Source of the DNA: Euglena gracilis
Taxonomy: Eukaryota
Length of the DNA stretch: 64,000 bases
Direction: 5' to 3'
Assembly (NCBI GenBank): GCA_039621445.1
Contig: CP154954.1
Location: 45,239,847-45,303,846, forward strand
Of this stretch, positions 22,945 to 37,348 are shown piece by piece. A program made the translations under genes and the position numbers. The notes beneath the pieces were generated by a model that had not been told where the DNA came from, did no database searches, and saw nothing but the letters and a program-made list of their open reading frames with translations. Each line of letters opens with the position of its first letter. Within the stretch, counting starts at the first letter, position 1.

Positions 22945-25118
22945 TATTCCTTAGAGGGTATGGATTTCCCTCCTCCTCCTCAAAAAAAACGCATCACAGG
23001 TGGCACCCTCTATTCTGAATGCCTTGACAATTTCTCGCAAAGAGAACGGTGTTCGTCTTCCAAAAGACATAAATGAGCTTGTTTTCTGGAGAAACAATTT
23101 TCTACAAAAAAACAACTAATCCTCAAATATGAAACCCCTGGCTTTATATTTGGGCAGGATCTCAAGGCACCCAGCGGGAGGCTTTGTTTGGGGGGGGGGG
23201 GCTTTCATATTTTAGGGGAAAGCAAAATTTTCTGGGTGGCTTATGCAAACTCCGGTGGCCTCCAACTGCAGTCAAATGCCAATTTTTTGTGCAGATTTTT
23301 TATGCCAAATTTTCGTTGTGTACCTCTTATTCCCCCCAAAATCTGCAATTTTTGTCCAAAATGGACGGTTTCTGGTGAAAAATTGATATATCCTCCCAAT
23401 TTTTTGTTTTTTCCCTGAATAGCACCAACGACATAGGGTATGGAGAAGTTGGCAAAGAAGAAGGAAAAGACCGTTGAAAAGTATGTGGTGGGAGGCGTGG
23501 ACATCCTGGTGCCCTGTAGACCTTTTGCAGGAATGCAAAAAATACAAATTATGCAAAAAAGTGCAAATTTTCAAGGTTTTTGATCATGGAAAGATGCAAT
23601 TTATGAAAGTTACATATTTCCCCCCGGCAACAATCCCCAAAATGTCGTTTTTGACCAAAATGGACAAAAAGATAAGTTAGGCATTTACGGTGTGGGGGTG
23701 TCCAGCTGATAAGGCTCTGAATTTGGTGAGATTCCCCCCCCCTACTTTTTGACTCTGCCATTTACAATCTGAATAAAATACAGGAAATTAAAAATTTGAA
23801 AAATCACCATAATTTCCAGAGAATTACTCGTAACCCTCCCCCCAAATATAGCGCTCCCCAAACACATAAAAACCCAGTTTGATTTCTGGGTTTTCAGAAT
23901 CAGTGCACCCCACCATTTGGGTGTGCCACATCCGGGGGGGGGGTTCAAGCTCACAAAAACCCACCCTCTCCCATGGTTCAAAAAACACTTCATTGATAAG
24001 TCGGGATCGACATCCGGCCAACGTTCAACCTATCCACCTGGGACTGAGGACAGGGTTGCCACTTGAATGGCTTTTCACAGCTCGGGGAATGGAAAAGCGA
24101 TCCATCTTTTCCAATTTAGGATTTTGATGGTTTTCTCATTCTGGAGCACAATTATCAATTATCAACACATGTAAATTACCTTCAAAAACTTTTTCCATGA
24201 AAAATCTTTTTGTTCACAGCCTTTCCCATCTGCTTTAAAAAGGCGTTTCAGGAATTCACCCTGAATTTTAAGGATTCAATTTCATGTAAATATATATTAT
24301 ATAGAATATCCATATACATATATACTACTATACATATATATGCATGTACATATACATGGCAGCTGGATGCTCACTGCCCCCCCCCCCTGAGAGGCAATGA
24401 GCATTCCCAGGGGGGGTCGGGTTTTTTGGGTTATTGGTGGAATATAGGGTCTAACTTGTAGATCAGTGCTAGGTCAAGTTAGGCCGAAAGTTATGCCGAT
24501 CTCCTAACCCTAACCCGATTCCATCAATAACACATGACCCACCCCTGTGCCTATTGCTTGGCCCCCCCCAGGGGGGGGCATGTAGTCGGCAGCTGCCATA
24601 TACCCATTATATATAATTATATATGTTATATGTTTAGAATGTGTTGTGTATATTATAATTATATATTATATTTTATATATGAAAATATATCCAAATATCT
24701 TGTTCATTTCTGTTTGTTTGTCGGTCGGCGATTCTCCCAGATGTTTTTGACTTCCGGATTTCTTCACCGAAGTGTTGCATTTGAGAAGGAAAGAATTCGA
24801 GCCAGTGGAAAAAATAAAATCAAAATGAAATCAAAATATTACCTGCTGCCAGAAAAGCCGAAGTTGTGCACGTCGACATTAGAATTATGAATACTCTAAA
24901 TAAAGATTATAAATATATTGCATTTTGTTTTCGACATAAATCTTTTTTAGCTGATTGGGGGGTGTACTGCAAATCCTCAGTGCAAGAAAAACAAAATCCT
25001 GCTGATTATTAAGCTTGAATTTTCAAAAGCCAACACTGCCAATTTCTACCTCTTCGAAGAAGAGTGATCCTTTTTTCTTTTTTCTTTTTTTCTAAAAAAG
25101 AAATCAATTATTCTTGTA

Positions 25119-25386
25119 CCCCCCCTCCCCTAGTCGTACGACCACCCCTCATTTACGACCACCCCCCGGTCACAGGTTGCAGGTCATGGGGGCGTTATGA
25201 CCACCCCCCCCCCCCGGTGCACAGTTGCAGGTTGCGAAAATTTAAAACACCACCTTACCTATTACCGCCCCTCAGTTACACCAACTCCCCGGTCATCCGT
25301 TGCAGTTTATGGGGGTGTTACGACCACCCCCCCCCCCCGGTCACAGGTTGCAGGAACCCGGTCATACGACTAGGGGAGGGGGGGGG
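25119..25386. mobile_element. TA-flanked MITE
   Basis: TIR CCCCCCCTCCCCTAGTCGTACGACC / GGTCATACGACTAGGGGAGGGGGG with TA on both sides. Confidence 0.8.
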
Positions 25387-28300
25387 TAGCTTCAATGAGA
25401 ACATCACAATTTCCAAACTCTTCAAAACGTTTGAAACAGTGTTTTTGAAAGAAGCTCACCTGTCACGATTATTAAAGAGGGACCGGCCTGGCGGTTGGGT
25501 TGGGGTAGATGGGGGCCATGCGTACAACCCTTCCTGGAATGACGGCCACACCCACACCCACCCATCCACACAGGTCCGCACATCCGCGAACGTCGTCAGA
25601 AAAAAATGAGACAATAACAATTCCACATAGGAGGGTTTACACAGACGTTGTTATGTCAAAAAATTGACAATTCAAAATATCTCCAAAATGGTGGCCAATC
25701 AAAGCATTGGAACCTGAATGAAGCCCAAGGGACCCTCTGTCACGCTTTACAGGCCCCCAGGGCCAGCTGCGCACCTGGAAGTTAATACGTCCCAGTTTAT
25801 ATTGTTTTTGCCTGCATTTTTTGGGTAAATTCAAAGATTCAAAATATGTCAAAAATGGTGGCCAATCAAAGGAAGGTGCCAGGGACCTAACATCAAGCGC
25901 TAGAGATTTTCTGTTTTCAATTTCTCATTTTTGTCAACCAATATCATTTGATCAGAATGAAAGCATCTAACGACCCCCCACTGGAACACCTTGTCGCGGG
26001 TCATCAAGAGTGTCGTAATGAGAATTCTGTGAAAAGTCGCATTTTTTGCATTTTTTTTGCAGTAGTTGCATAATGAAATATGACTGGATGCAACCAGGTG
26101 AATCAACCATATCATTTTACAAGTTTGCATCACATTCTCTTTTAATGTTGCATTTTACAGTGGAAAAGTGTACACCCCCAGAGAGCTCCCAAAGGAATTT
26201 ATGCACAACTGGCATTTTTTGCATTTTTTGCACTTTTTACATTTTTTTTTACATTTTTTATTGCATATTTTGAGGAACCTTGTTGCATATCTCCCCCTTG
26301 TTGTCGGAGTTTGAAAGGTTCGTTTCTTTCACTTGAAACCGGGTCAGTCCACAATGTACAGCTGATCATGTTATCCGCCAAAAAAACCGTGTTCACTATT
26401 CAATGTAAAAGGGGTCGATGTTGGGAAAAGTGAGAGTAATGGACATCCACAGGGAAACGGAGACAGAAGGAGCGGAATAGATGAAATAAAACCAGGGAGA
26501 TTTCACCTTTTGGAGGGCATCCACAACTCCGTTACCGTGGGGGAGTGGCATCTGGCACCCAGCGAGGTTTGCCAGGCGCAAATGGCTGAGAGACAAGTGG
26601 GAGCATGGAAAATGAGGGAATTCCAATTAGGTACATGCCACACCTTTAAGCACTAAGCCGAAGATCGCTTCAACGCCAAGCATTGGGCCTTTGGGGGAGG
26701 GACCGGGCGCCTTTGGTGCCCAGTCCCCCCCCCTCAAAGTGCCCTTCAATAACTTGGCCTTCAAGCCATTCCTCGCCTTCCAGATCTTGTGGGAGAGTGA
26801 AAGATGTCGAAAGATGGTAGAACACATCTTTAAAAAAAAATGAGATGAACGCGTTGTTTGAACGTGTACATGTGGACTGAACGTGTTTATCTGCCGAAAA
26901 ACTGTGTCCTGAACACGTTTTTTGTCAAAAAAAAACGTGTTGCCCAAACGTGTTGTACACGTGTACATAATAATCGCATTTTTTGCGCGAATCAGGTGGA
27001 TTTGTGCATGGTTTACCTCAGGACGCTGTAAACCCTCTCCAAATAGTATTGCACCCGCAGCTCTATTGGACGGCCGCCTCCGGCGGCGGGGGGTGCGGCA
27101 CTATTTGGACCCGCAGCACTATTGGACTGGGTGCCTCTTGGTCCCGGCCTATCACCACAGGCACCCTGTTTGCCTGCTCAATGTCCTACTCTGAGGCTAA
27201 CGAGGTTGTGTGGTTCATCTTCGGACGACTTCTGTGAGTTGTTTGGGTGGGAATTTGCCCCGGGTCCCCTTCGGCGCCCCAGTTTTTCAGTGATAAAGCA
27301 GGATCATATCACGAAACACCATGCAGAAAATGATGGAAAGAAAGGAAACGTCTGGCCACAAACAGGTGGACAAAAACTGCGGCAGATGAAAATTAAGGTA
27401 AAGAATTATTTTTAGTAAAAATTTTATTCTGCTGATTTTTGGTAAAAATTCAGAACTTTGAATTGGACAGTCATTTGGATGGGTAGTCTGGGTTCCTCAT
27501 TTGAAAGAATGTTTTTTGGAGCAGGTTTTTTAGGCATGTCAAATTTGTTTGATTATTTCCATCCAAAAAGCTTGATAATTTGGGCAAACAAATTAACAAT
27601 TACTGCAATCGCGACATGTGATAGATTATCTTTAATTTTTTGCTGCTTTTGCATTGTTTTGCTATTTTATGTGAACATTCCCCCCAAATCCTTCTTGTGC
27701 AGGCCTCTATGTTCTTTGGAAAGTATGGAAATCATTACGTGCTGCGGAAGTTGCACCCCAAGCTTTCGTCATTCTCTCGACTACTGGTATGGAACGTTAT
27801 GCTCATTGGCATTTAGTGCATCATCAAATCCACCAAATACAGAAGCGAACTTTTTAAATTTGGGGGAAATTCAAGACCCCCAAAAGGGGTTCCATTTGAA
27901 AAATGGGTTCCATTTGGGGGGGTGTATTTAGTCATGAATTTCATTTACCCGGCACGATTGTTCATTGCATTTCACCATGGTCACATCTAGATGGGCTGTG
28001 ATGGCCACTGTAACATAAACCTGAGGGGACTCTCCCCCAAATGGGCCCAGCCAGTGAGCACTTTTTTTTTTCCAGCCAGCACCTCCAGCCGGGCTGCTGA
28101 CCCCCCCCCCCCCCGGGTGGGGGGGTCCGCACAAATAAGGTTCTGGCCAGCCTGGCAAAGCCGGGCTGGACCGACATTCAGCACAAAGCGCCGAAAATAT
28201 GGCATTTAGCTGGATTTGGGCCTTTTCGCCCTCCTGGACCCCCTCCCCCCCAGTGGGGGTCCAGCCCACACCTTTTTCCAGCTGGCCCGTGGGACCCCTC

Positions 28301-29937
28301 CCCCCGGGGATCGGTTTTCACCTCAAAATTGGCTGAAGAATGTTAGCTGGATTTGGGCCTTTTCGTCCACCTGGACCCCCTACCCCCCAGTGGGGGTCCA
28401 GCCCGCACCTTTTTCCAGCTGGCCCGTGGGACCCCTCCCCCCGGGATCCTTAAGAAAACTCTGGTAACATGTCTTTCAAAGGCTTTCAATCGCAAAAAAA
28501 ATTGTTGGCAAAAATTCTGTGGCAAAAGCTTCCAATTTTTTTCCCCATATCGTGGGATTATTGAAAAATGGTTTGAAATGGGGCTAAAGGCAAATACATG
28601 AAAACTTCATGATTTGGTTGGGGGAGTTCCTTAAGGATTTTTTACATGCAATTTGCATTTTTTCGTTTTTTTGTGTGTTTATTTGCGTTTTTTTTGGCGC
28701 TTTTTTGCGTCGCATTTTTGGAGGGTCCATGTTGTGTTCCCTCCCCTGATGTGTGCAGCTTTGAATGTTCTCAATCCCGGGCTTGTGTACAGCTAACTTG
28801 CACAAGCTTGAAAATGTGTCATGATTGTTTGCCACATACTGGAGGGAGAGGAGGAAGTGAGAGTGTTCTCCCAATCTCCCTTCGGAACTTGAACCATTAT
28901 CGCCCAGAGGGTTGCAAAGAAAAAAATTCTGTTTGAGAAAAAGATATTTGAGTGAGTGTTCTTTGGCACCAGAGGGTCACCTTAGGCACACTGTCAGTCG
29001 GCAGTGGCGGATATAAACCCCCATTTGGTCGGCCGAAGGGGGGGGGTTATGAGTAGGGAGGGGGTTGACAAGTCAAAGGAATCGTTGGTGAAAATCCCCC
29101 CCAAATGATCCCCAAAGCCCCTGAAATCGGCAATTTTGGCAAATTTGGTCAAAAATGTCATTTTTTTGATGATGGTCGGTCTCAAAAAATTGCCAAAAAA
29201 TCATTTTTGGGTGGTTTGCGGCCGAAGAAATCGTCCTGGCAGTTTTCATTTTCCTTCCCTGGGGGGTTATAAGTCAAGGTTTGGTTGGTCGGCCCGAGGG
29301 GGGGTTATAAGTGGGGGGGGTTTCAGCGGGGGGGGGGGGGGGTTAATGTGCCATTTCAGTGAAAAGTTGACCAGGTGCAGTGACACGCACAAACGCCTTT
29401 GAAACTCCATTGCCTCCTCGATTCCTTTCTCGTTACACATTTCTTGCATGATGCGTTGGCGCAACCGGAAAATCATTGTTGTCTCATAATATTTCAGATT
29501 ACTTTCTCTGCATCCCCTTTCAAACGCTGGTGAGGTTCCACATTTCAGTCGAAAATCAACAGCTCAGATGGGGGTGTATCATCAGACTGCTGGACCACAT
29601 TGATTCGCTGTAAACAATCTGTCCAACTGGTTCTGGATATTTTTCCCCTTCATTGAACATCATTTTCATAGGACCAGACTCCATGCTCTTGCCTCTGGCT
29701 GTTTCTGTGGTTTTCAAGTCCAGGTCCTAATCAGCTGGGGTGTCGTACACTCACAAGACAGCAATCAATGCCTTTGCGCTCCGTTGACCCCCCTGAACTA
29801 TGGAATCTGTGCACATGTACATATTTATTTATTTAAAGCCACATTCCCATGGATTTGCATTTAGAAAACTGTTTGTGCAATGTGCATGAGAGCAACATTT
29901 AAGATGTGAAATATCAAGCTCTCTCTGCTTTTGACAG

Positions 29938-32900
29938 GGTCAGCAACATTGGTCGAAGAAGGGCATGTAGCAGATGGAGCATGCTCTCTCATTCAATGGC
30001 TCGTTGAGATTGGCATCGGCTCCCCAGACTTGCCTCTTGAGTTGAAAACAGATGTGAATGGACTGCGGGGTCTCTATGCCACCCAGGACATATCTGCCAA
30101 CCAGGTGCATCACGTTTGATGCCACCATCCATCGTTTGAAGCTGGTGATGGTTGAACGCTCTCAGGATTCAGATGAACATGGGTCAAGCAAAACATCAAC
30201 TTGAGCTGAAATGTCTCAAAATCAATGGGTTTGGGCCAAGGAATATTCTTGGCCTTCGGCGCTGGTTGGGCCACTTCGGCCAATCTTTCGGCCCGGGTCT
30301 GGCGCCAAAAACCAGTCCGTCACTCCAAAAGAAAAAGAAACAGTCAATATCCTCCCCAAGGGTGTGGGGTGTGTGGACAGGACGTCCTTAAGAGTAAAAT
30401 TTTTTTCCCATCTCAGCACATTCAGTGAGAAATTCACATGAATGGCTGGAATGACCACATCTGGGCAAAAAGGGGTCGATTTGGGGGGGGGGGAAGAGAT
30501 TTCTGGTATCCTTGGACCGTCGGAATCCTTGGATCCTTGCCACTCTCCCATGTATTTCCACATTTTTTTTATTTAAAAAGGTAACCCCTCCAAATGAACT
30601 TTTGGTGGGTCCCGAACAGGGTAGATGGGAAGCCGTTTGGTATTGAGGTGGGTGTCGGGGGGGGGGGGTCCGGACCACGATGGTGCCCACAGGGTGGCAG
30701 AGAATTTGACGCTTGGGTGTGATCCACAAAAGTTGAGGGGTCTGAAAAGTTATGCCCCCCAATGAACCCACCAACGCATCCTCAAAGGTTCCACACAAGG
30801 TGATCCCCCCAGCCAAACGCTGAGCAGGTTCCATTGCGTCCTGCAGGTGCCAGTGTAACGGACAATGAGGGTGATTATCCAACGCCAAAAATGCGGCCAT
30901 CATCTGCGCTCAAGCGTTGCCGAAAATTTTGAAAAGGTGCTATTTTTTTGCATTTTTTTACTCACTGTTCCGGGGAATAGTGAATGGGTCCCCCGGGAAC
31001 CCCCCGGGGCCCCCCCAGGGGGTGGGTGGGGGGGACCCCTTGGTCTTGGAAAAAAAAACCCTGGTCCTGCCAGCCAGCGTCTTTTTTCCAGGCAGCACCT
31101 CCCAGCTGGGCTGCAGACACTCCCCGGGGGTCTGCTGAAATATGCGGCAAAGCTGGGCTTGGCTCAACACAGCCCAGCTGGATTTGGGCTTTTGGGGGCA
31201 TTTTTTTGTGTACCCATCATGTCCAGCTCCCCCCCCTCTGCCCCCCCCCCCCCCTAGGGGATGGGTCCAACAAGCACCTTTTTCCAGCTGGCCGCGGGAC
31301 CCCCCCCCCAGGGTCCTTGAGAAATCCCCTGCACGGGACCCCCCGGGGTCCTTCAGAAAACCCCTGCTTAACACTTTTCCCCATAAAAGTGTTCAAAAGA
31401 TTTCAAAAACGACCATTTTAGATTCAAAGAAAAGTCAGGGATTTTTGTACATTTTTGGCTTGGTTTCCGGCCCTTTGCCGGTCCATAAAACCAAAAATTT
31501 TCTCGGCCACCTTCAGTTTCCAGGTCGGACCCCTCCTTGTTGGGGGGTCCGACCCCCCCCCCATCATAGCTTCCCATGCATCCCTGGTCCCAAACCAATC
31601 GGGTCATCATCATCTCCGAGGAACCCTTTTGGAAGTCACTCCTTTTGCAGGTGCTGTTGGCGGTTCCTGAGGGCATGTTCATCCGGGAGCCTGAGTCCAA
31701 AACCACCCCTGGGCTCGCCCTGATGGCCCTCGACCTTCTCCACCGGCGGCAAAGCCGGGAGTGGACTCCAGTCAGTCCTCCTCCTCCTCATCCTGGAATC
31801 CCAGGGAAATCTGTCGGGGAGACCAGGCCGATGCGGCGAAGCAAATTTAAAACACTCCAATTTTTTTTTTCACACGGGTTCGTCTCGCGTGGTGCATTGG
31901 ACTGGAACTCAGTTGTGCGTGGCTGCCTTTGCATTTAAATTTTCCACTCTCATCAGAACCAGGCCCCCCACCAGCTGAGTTTTAAGGCATGGCCCACCCA
32001 CCTCGGCTCTCGGCTGCTGGGCAGGCCGTCCAAGGCCCCCAGATCCAACCCTTGGGGGGGGGGGAGCACATGGCCAAAAGTGCCAAAAGTGCCTTCAGCA
32101 CTTCTGTGACGAAGGCACGGAAGCCCAGAAACGGCTCATTTTGGGGCCCATGACCAGACAGGCACCAACCCTCTCCCTGGGGACAGTTCCTGCCTCCCAG
32201 GCACTCCAGGTCACGAGACTCCCCTCCTGAGGTTGGTCTATGCCAGCAGTCCCTGCACCTGCTTTGGGGGGGTTATGACGTTCAGGGAGGGGAATTGCCG
32301 TTGTATCTTGCTGGGTTGCCACGGGAATGCTGTATGCCTGAATTTCAGTACGGGGCAGAGGAGCTTGAGCACCTCCAGGATGCGAACATCTTGCGCGCTG
32401 CTTTCTCCAGGCTGCTGCCACACTTCTATTTTCCAAACCACACAGATAATACCACAAAAACCACACAGAGTATTTTGAAAGTCGAGCCTTCTCTTTTTTT
32501 CTTCCCTTTCAGTGTATTTCTTCTGGGAACAAGTGGTCGGAATTTCTCCCTCCAGGAAGCGCAGCAAATGAATAACTTTTCAAGCAATTCTGTGGTAGTC
32601 ATCATCCTAAAAACGTCCCTCTCTGTGCCACCCTCATAACCACCAGCTTGTGATTTGTGGATTTTGAAGCATTCCAACTGCCAAGCTACCTTCCTTTTTC
32701 GGAAAAGTCGCTTTCTTGGTTGGGTCCAGGAGCTTCTTTTGTCATTCAGTGGGCCTCCAAGGCTCAGCGTTACACTTCAATTGAGGGCCACCGCCCTGCG
32801 ATCGACTCAGCGACGCCTTGCAGAAGAATGCTGGCAGGGTCTGGGGCCTGAGCACAGGCTGTGTTTGATTCCGCCTAATTTGAACAGTTGGTCGCCCTTG

Positions 32901-35900
32901 ATACTGATGTCTGAAACTGGACTTTCACCACAAACTTCTGAGATTATTTGGGCCCTTCCTCCGGGGGAAATCGGGGACAAAATGCACAATTTTTTAAGCT
33001 GAAAAAAATTTCACAAAAAAAAACAGCAAAAAAAACGAAAAATTGCCAGGGGAAGAAATTGCACAAAGAATTGAAACAGAGCAAACCCACAAAATTTGCA
33101 AAATTCGAAACACACCCACACACAAAGGAGAAAAGAATGCATTCCCCCCTCCCGCCCCGAGCGTTTTGTCAAACTTTTGTGACTTTTGAAAAAATGGCAA
33201 ACAAATTCATACCTTTCAGAATTTTTATGTGCCCAACGTCATATGTCATCAAAATGTATATCAAAACCGAGTTAACATAACGAGAAATTTAATCTGAAGG
33301 AGCTGGAAAAACCTGGATTCAAAAAAAATGAAAATGCAAAGTGCATTTCCCAAAAACACTGATTGGTCGCCCTTTTCGACCCATTTCTTTTAACCTATAC
33401 CCGACCTATTGATTTATTGACAGCCAACAAAGCTCAATATCCCTTACTTCAGCTGCCTGAACGGCCGCTGGGCAGAGAGATCGTCAATGGGGGAGGAGGT
33501 CCAAGACTAAGTCGAATGATTTGCACCAGCCACCTGAAAAACCTGATGCGGCCTCCGATGCAAGAGGGAAACACAACGTTCTCCCTTGGAAATCGCGACA
33601 CACAAAATGGAAAAAGGTAAATAAACACAAAAGCCCCTAGTTGCATGAATTTTTTTTCCGGAGCTCCCTGGATGTAAACCCCCCCAAACAGAAACCCCCC
33701 AAATACAAACCCCCCAAGTATAAAACCCCCCTGGGGCGTTTGGTTTGGCAACCAAATATAAAGCCCTCCCAAAATAAGTTATCAGATTCGGATCCATCAC
33801 CTCCTGACTCCTCGGATGTTGGTGATTCAGTGGCCTTGGCACTCGAAACGACCGAAAGCGAGACACGAGATGTCTTCGGAGAGGTATTTTTTGTTGGAAG
33901 CAACACAAAAGAGCTACGAGGGACAAAATGGAAAAGGGCAGACAATCGCCAGAAGTTTGGGTTCCCCCCCATTCATTCCCCCTCCCAAATGTAAAACCCC
34001 TGTGGGGGTCTTGAAAGATCTGCCCCAATATAAAACCGGAGGGACCTGGGCCAGTTGAGACCGGGTTCCAGCCAGCCCCCTTGAGGCGGGTGCCATCCTT
34101 TTTCCAACCGGCCCTGATTTTCCAGTGTCCAACCTCTCTGACCAGGACCCCACAAACAATTGGCCATTTTGTAAGTAATCTTTCTGAACAGGCCCTCAGG
34201 GGGTTTTTTAAGCTGCGTGTCTGCACCGTGGAGCTGAAGGCATCCCCTGGCCCCTTTTTAAGGTTGTGAGGTTTGAAATGGCCAGGTATTTTGAAATTGA
34301 GATTTTGTTTGCTGTTCGCTGGGGACAATTACCAGATTATGCCAGGATTACCTGGGATTCCTGCCAGCACCAAAATCGGCCAGCAAAATTTATCCCCTAA
34401 TTTCCAAAATCGTTTGAGGGCTCAGCTCCTAGAAAGCAGACCAGCGGCTCATATTTCATGTTACATTTTTGTGTGAGCCTCAATGCTCAGTGTCAGCTTC
34501 ATGCCTGTTTTGCCTGCAGTCAAATTGGTGGAAATTTTTCAGTGGTTCGTTATAAATGGGGAAATCGTCATCAGACAGGGTCCTTCTAAGTTGGAAGACC
34601 AAAAAGAGCATGCATTTCTACCAACCGGTAAATTTTCTTGACCCAGAAGGAGTTTGCACATCCCATCAACATTTTTTTAGTATATTTCTTAGAGGTTTTG
34701 CATGATGATTGTTTGAAAACCCCTGCCTCACACCCCTGCCTGTCGTCCGCAGGGGTGTGAAAACAGGGAGGGGCAAAATATGCACCGTGCAGTTTTTGCA
34801 GTTTTTTGCAGTTTTCACATTTTGGGGGTTTTTTTGCATTTTTTTGCAGTTTTTTGCAGTTTTTTTTTGATTTCAGTTTGAGGAAACCTGAGGTGCTCAT
34901 TTTTTGGTGCTCTGTCCTTGTTACGCTGGATTATATTGTTTGAAGGGTGTTTCTCAAGAAAAAGCCTCTCTCAAAAAATCTCTTCATGAGTTGTGTTGTC
35001 TACAGTAATCCCACCAGTTGTCTTGCCCCCAACTGTTCAGTTTTGGAACTTTCGGTCCATCACCCATATCACGATGTTAAAAATCTTCAAACCTAAAAAA
35101 AATCTACAACAACCATCACCAAAATCGCTCCATCTCCAACTTGTCTTTAGGGTATGGCCAAATGGTCTGGGAATTTCTTGCAAATAAGAATGACTTCTTT
35201 GAAGCATTTGGCTTGTGTGATATTTGGTCAAAATGCTTGGGACAAGGCCCAATCTTCCACAGGAGCTCGTGCACCTTTGCGTCTCCACGAATCTCGCAAA
35301 CTCCAACTTCAACCAAAATTTGCATATAAAAAAAACAACAGTTTTTGGATTTAGTCCCCAGGAATCCCAAAATAATTAGTTGAATCTGCTCAGGAGTGTG
35401 CAAATGACGATTGCCAAAATAAGCATCGTGACATCTGTCACCACATGCACAAGTTGGAGATGGAGCGATTTTGGTTGGGGAGAAATTGTGGCGTTGTCAC
35501 CGAAACAATCTGCTTTTTTTGGAATGGTGGCTACAACAATTTCTGTTGTGTCGAGAGGCAAGGAAGTTGGCAAAACAGTTGGGGGCAAGACGAATTAAAA
35601 GCATAGAAACTTTCTGCATATGGGTGTGTGCATTTTTTCCATATTTAGCTGTTTGGCACCTCCGTGGGCATGGCCGTCACAAGCTTTGGTGCAGGAAAAC
35701 CAGCGTGAACCAGCATCCAAACCAAACACATGACTTGCGTTTCAGTGCATGGAAACCCATGTACAGTGTACCTTGATTGATTGCTTTCATTTTTATTGTC
35801 AACAGCTCCAAAGTTGTGCAAAATTTAGGTGAATTGGGGCGTTCTCATGTGATTACAAATTACGTTGTTTTGCATATGCACACCATTTCAGCGTGTTTAT

Positions 35901-37190
35901 TGTTATTTTTTGTTGATGTGCAGTTTTTTTTTGCAGTTTTTTTTTGCAGTTTTTTTGCAGTTTTTTTTGCAATTTTTTTGCAGTTTTTTTTTGCAGTTTT
36001 TTTTGCAGCTTTTTTTTGCAGTTTTTTTTTGCAGTTTTTTTTGCAGTTTTTTGCAGTGCAGTTTTTGACCTGCCCGTGTGCAGTTTTTGCCCCCCCCCGG
36101 TGAAAACCACCTTCTTAGCTGCTCCAACAAATGGGAAGGGAAGAGAGAAACTGCCCGTGAGCCTCAAAAACAACCCAGAACTTCACCTTCCAATCACGAG
36201 AGTTTGCCTCCAACAACTGCTCTGAATTTGCGGACCAAGGCGGCCTGGCTGAGGTCCGGCGCGACGCGACTCTTGCTGACTTTTGCTGGGCCATTTCCAT
36301 CCTTGGCTCTCGCTGTGTGGCCATGGTGCGCCTCCCCCTGGCCGTCCCACACAGCTGCATATTGTGCCCATTGTGCTCCAAACGGTACGGGGTATTACGT
36401 AATCCTGACGTTTCAAATCTCATTTCTCATCAATGAATTGTTAATTTGATGCCCATTTTCGTTTCGAGGGCTGTTTTTGCTGATTCACACTTCTTGGCCT
36501 GGTTTTTCAATCCATGGAGGTTGTTCATGTGAGGGAGCTTCCGCCTGTGTCCTGATCATCATCGCAATCACCATCCCACAGCCTGGCTCCGACGGTAGGG
36601 TGCTGAGCCCAGGAGTAGTCCAGGATGGCACGGTGCCTGCTGGGTCCCTCACGCCTCAAGCTCAATCATCTCAGCTGGCGGATTGTGATAGGAATCAGTT
36701 CAAGCGGGCAAGGCTCCTCAAACACTTGATGGTGGTGGTGGCGGTTTGTTGCTGCTTGCTGCTAGTGTTGCTGCTGTTTTTTTCGGGGGGGTTGCAGTTT
36801 CGCAATACCGACAAATCAAGAGCAACGTTTCAATCCTCCATTTCATTGCAGTCCTCAAGTGGTCAGTTTGCCAGTGGAATTGAGTTTGAGATTGTCTTAG
36901 GCGGTCTATTTTGCACTGGCGCTGCAGAGGCGCTGCCACATTTGCATCTGTTTGTGCAATTGCTCAAGTGAGTTTTCAGATTTTTTTTGCGCAGTTGCGC
37001 AATTGCGCAAGTGATGCAGTTGATTTATCCTCACTGGGACCTCTCCCTGATTTGTATTTTTTTTTGCTTTTCAGAAATAGATGCATAAAAATGGTCCCAG
37101 AAACGACATCAAATTCCATAAATAAATTAATAAATCAATCAATCAATCAATAAATAAATAACTAAATGAAAAAATGAAAAAATGAAAAAA

Positions 37191-37241
<51 letters not shown>

Positions 37242-37281
37242 ATAAATAAATAAATAAATGAAAAAATGAATGAAAAAAAAG

Positions 37282-37348
<67 letters not shown>

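Noticed and set aside
22990-24090. Exon-like segments (VAPSILNALTISRKENG..; MEKLAKKKEKTVEKYVVGGVDILVPC)
   Set aside because: I could not join them into a consistent gene or recognise a family.
27060-27210. GC-rich segment between CAG and GT, a possible 5' exon of the SET gene
   Set aside because: No motif support and its phase link to 29938 is unresolved.
30693-30787. Candidate SET exon (..KLRGLK..)
   Set aside because: It has an in-frame stop, and exon 29938-30104 supplies the proper RGLYAT motif and splices GT-AG to 31651.
32790-32850. Candidate SET exon TQRRLAEECWQ
   Set aside because: Intron-end pairing is weak and 35679-35707 fits phase and geometry better. Not fully excluded.
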